From Caecitellus pseudoparvulus (lineage: Eukaryota; Protista; Bigyra: Bicosoecida): a stretch of DNA of 64,000 bases. Position 1 is the stretch's first letter. Each line of letters opens with the position of its first letter. This document shows, piece after piece, positions 63,301-64,000 of the stretch. The stretch covers positions 1 through 64,000 of the forward strand of contig CBFFRQ010000052.1 of the NCBI GenBank assembly GCA_965644315.1. Reading direction: 5' to 3'. Both the position numbers and the translations under genes were made by a program. The notes below the pieces were generated by a model. That model had not been told where the DNA came from, ran no database searches, and saw nothing but the letters and a program-made list of their open reading frames with translations.

Positions 63301-64000
63301 CAAGGCAACAATGAACACCTCGTCGATTGGGACAAACGCCTGCAGAGCATTGCCCGCGTCTTGCCTGGCAAACACAGCTGCGCTTACGGGGGCTGTCCCA
63401 ACGGCCTCATGCACCGACTGTATGTAACTGCCGCCCCCCAACTGGCCATTGGCTTGCAGGTAGCAACCATCGCTGTCGTCCAAGGCACCTGAGAAAGCTT
63501 CACCAAAGAATGGGCATGGTTGCCCGGCTGTCCCAGGTAGGCCTCCTGCTGTACTGTGCTTGCTCTGGCCTTCCGCCTCGCAATCAGTGCAGAAGGTGTT
63601 GCAGGCAATGCCCACAGGCTCAGCGTGAACCCACCACACAGCCCCTTTCCAGCTTGCACCGTGAGATGTGGAGTTCCCCTCTACGGCAAAAACATTGCCC
63701 TGAACTCGGGCGAGAAAGCGCCTGAGAAGGGCGTGGTCGCTTATGCGGCCATCTCGCTGGGCTGCTTCTGCTGTTGCTTGCAGTGCAGCTCCACCGTGCC
63801 CGTGCCGAAGTGCCTGGGATGCCACAGCGCACGACTCCGTCGCCGCAATGACCAGTTCTCCACCAGGAGACCCCGCAGCGCACTGCCAAGCACTCACGCC
63901 TGCGCAGTCTTGCAGATCATGCACCACGCTGACGCCCGCGGCGTCATTCCCGTGAAACAAACACGCAGTGATGTCCACAGGAGAACCCAAGGCAACAAGC
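60343..64000 (-). CDS. Large multipass membrane protein with Cys-rich (ephrin-receptor/GCC-like) ectodomain repeats; 5' end beyond the window
   Basis: Repeated C..C.PG motifs and C..GHTG.MCG.C..GY. Multiple TM helices with LNHLQ, TFRC, WLLADLSVPC, YAFLIAGYR, QPYKRPIFNLLE. Confidence 0.8.
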   Translation of the reverse strand, partial: LVALGSPVDITACLFHGNDAAGVSVVHDLQDCAGVSAWQCAAGSPGGELVIAATESCAVASQALRHGHGGAALQATAEAAQRDGRISDHALLRRFLARVQGNVFAVEGNSTSHGASWKGAVWWVHAEPVGIACNTFCTDCEAEGQSKHSTAGGLPGTAGQPCPFFGEAFSGALDDSDGCYLQANGQLGGGSYIQSVHEAVGTAPVSAAVFARQDAGNALQAFVPIDEVFIVALDAYGWPARVPGGGSVACPVFPAVTLEQAAANASALMGSRFVLAQVPASSVTAARALSAWQSAPNITAGADMLPSPPGEFQGVGGGNVWLASLQRQVPAQGRSNEVLRLRPTQSEAGDLPASPGSQHSFVVQECNPGYEVFADGSCVICPPGRVSRIGRECVDCPPGFVSPAEGGSACVPCRAPQIADSAGLAACETCADGFYVIQNASSSCSRCPVDSQQQGATCASGTVRLQPGYYFILDHAPGSLVVNGTASQLVADVRSSELPAGTQVVPCINPAACQTSDGLQVQCAPGHTGVMCGDCEQGYLNTGASLCLQCLDAALNYTVLILVVCLVVGGVIYFSMSQSFSERDDASIVLRMLLNHLQMMGLLSLLRAQGTALFRRIFNFSNSLSGGGFLSPTSSVRCIWNSDFYVEFALNMATTPFLLLVVFGTGLAVVLWGVMSEVADRPKLLKSAKGASTGRRQSSAVLNASKLKRPSASVLSRPGVSKAPEDPESAPPKPGMLCRAASAVRSGTARCCFVCSRTPCSRAMASRMWKAVKEYSAGGEYFSTMAFIASLSFSLVTSTVLKTFRCTAFEAHGHRWLLADLSVPCFTPDHVIAMVLAVIVGAAFSIGFPVTVIFILHRNKSALAFDPAFKKRYAFLIAGYRTEHAETEGVTMLRRVALALVSVLGDPLHEINVASLVLLASLSIHVATQPYKRPIFNLLESVSLWTMELTLFLSMAFLEVSRTSRSGTVDLQGDNFKDIELTITILLCLINFAALGLMLMVLVRFGSHAVRQQMESLTQKMPWMKGMLSALGATDTGQDEDKSASAAKKRRSVRPASKASGRKLLAVLELSKSPGGERTSAKPAPSPRASPLVSATPPSADRRAPVPTRAAVLDKGRKQGSPTRPPSSERKQGAALLMKNPLLSRSASPPQGAGSASPGSGGSRKARMARALSAAKPGSAASAPDAPKRREPAAPPQQQEAAPRVGSPSAAVADDVRK

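Overview
This is gene-dense, GC-rich eukaryotic nuclear DNA, not prokaryotic. It holds about 30 protein-coding genes with short GT-AG introns (the donor is usually GTGCGT) and very short intergenic gaps. A presequence-bearing TPI-GAPDH fusion and several cilia-type genes point to a flagellated protist, most likely a stramenopile (inference). Housekeeping genes include atlastin, derlin, NDUFV1, CSN2, cystinosin, a Ras-like GTPase, a LAMMER kinase, PTH2, RPS11, SmD3, ALYREF, TOP3A, RFC5, SARNP and COQ5. Five features stand out. (1) A tandem pair of single-pass surface proteins has nucleotide-identical framework blocks alternating with strongly diverged, lower-GC blocks, resembling a variable receptor or antigen family. 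(2) One gene fuses pyroglutamyl peptidase, UBA and PTH2 domains. (3) One ~1535-aa protein has 3 NDK domains, a Dpy-30-like motif and 5 adenylate kinase domains. (4) An AATGCA/AATGTA hexamer recurs just after stop codons and is palindromic between some convergent genes, a candidate non-canonical 3'-end signal. (5) One gene fuses RCC1 repeats to a TBC domain. All exon boundaries and homologies were inferred by eye; no database search was run.
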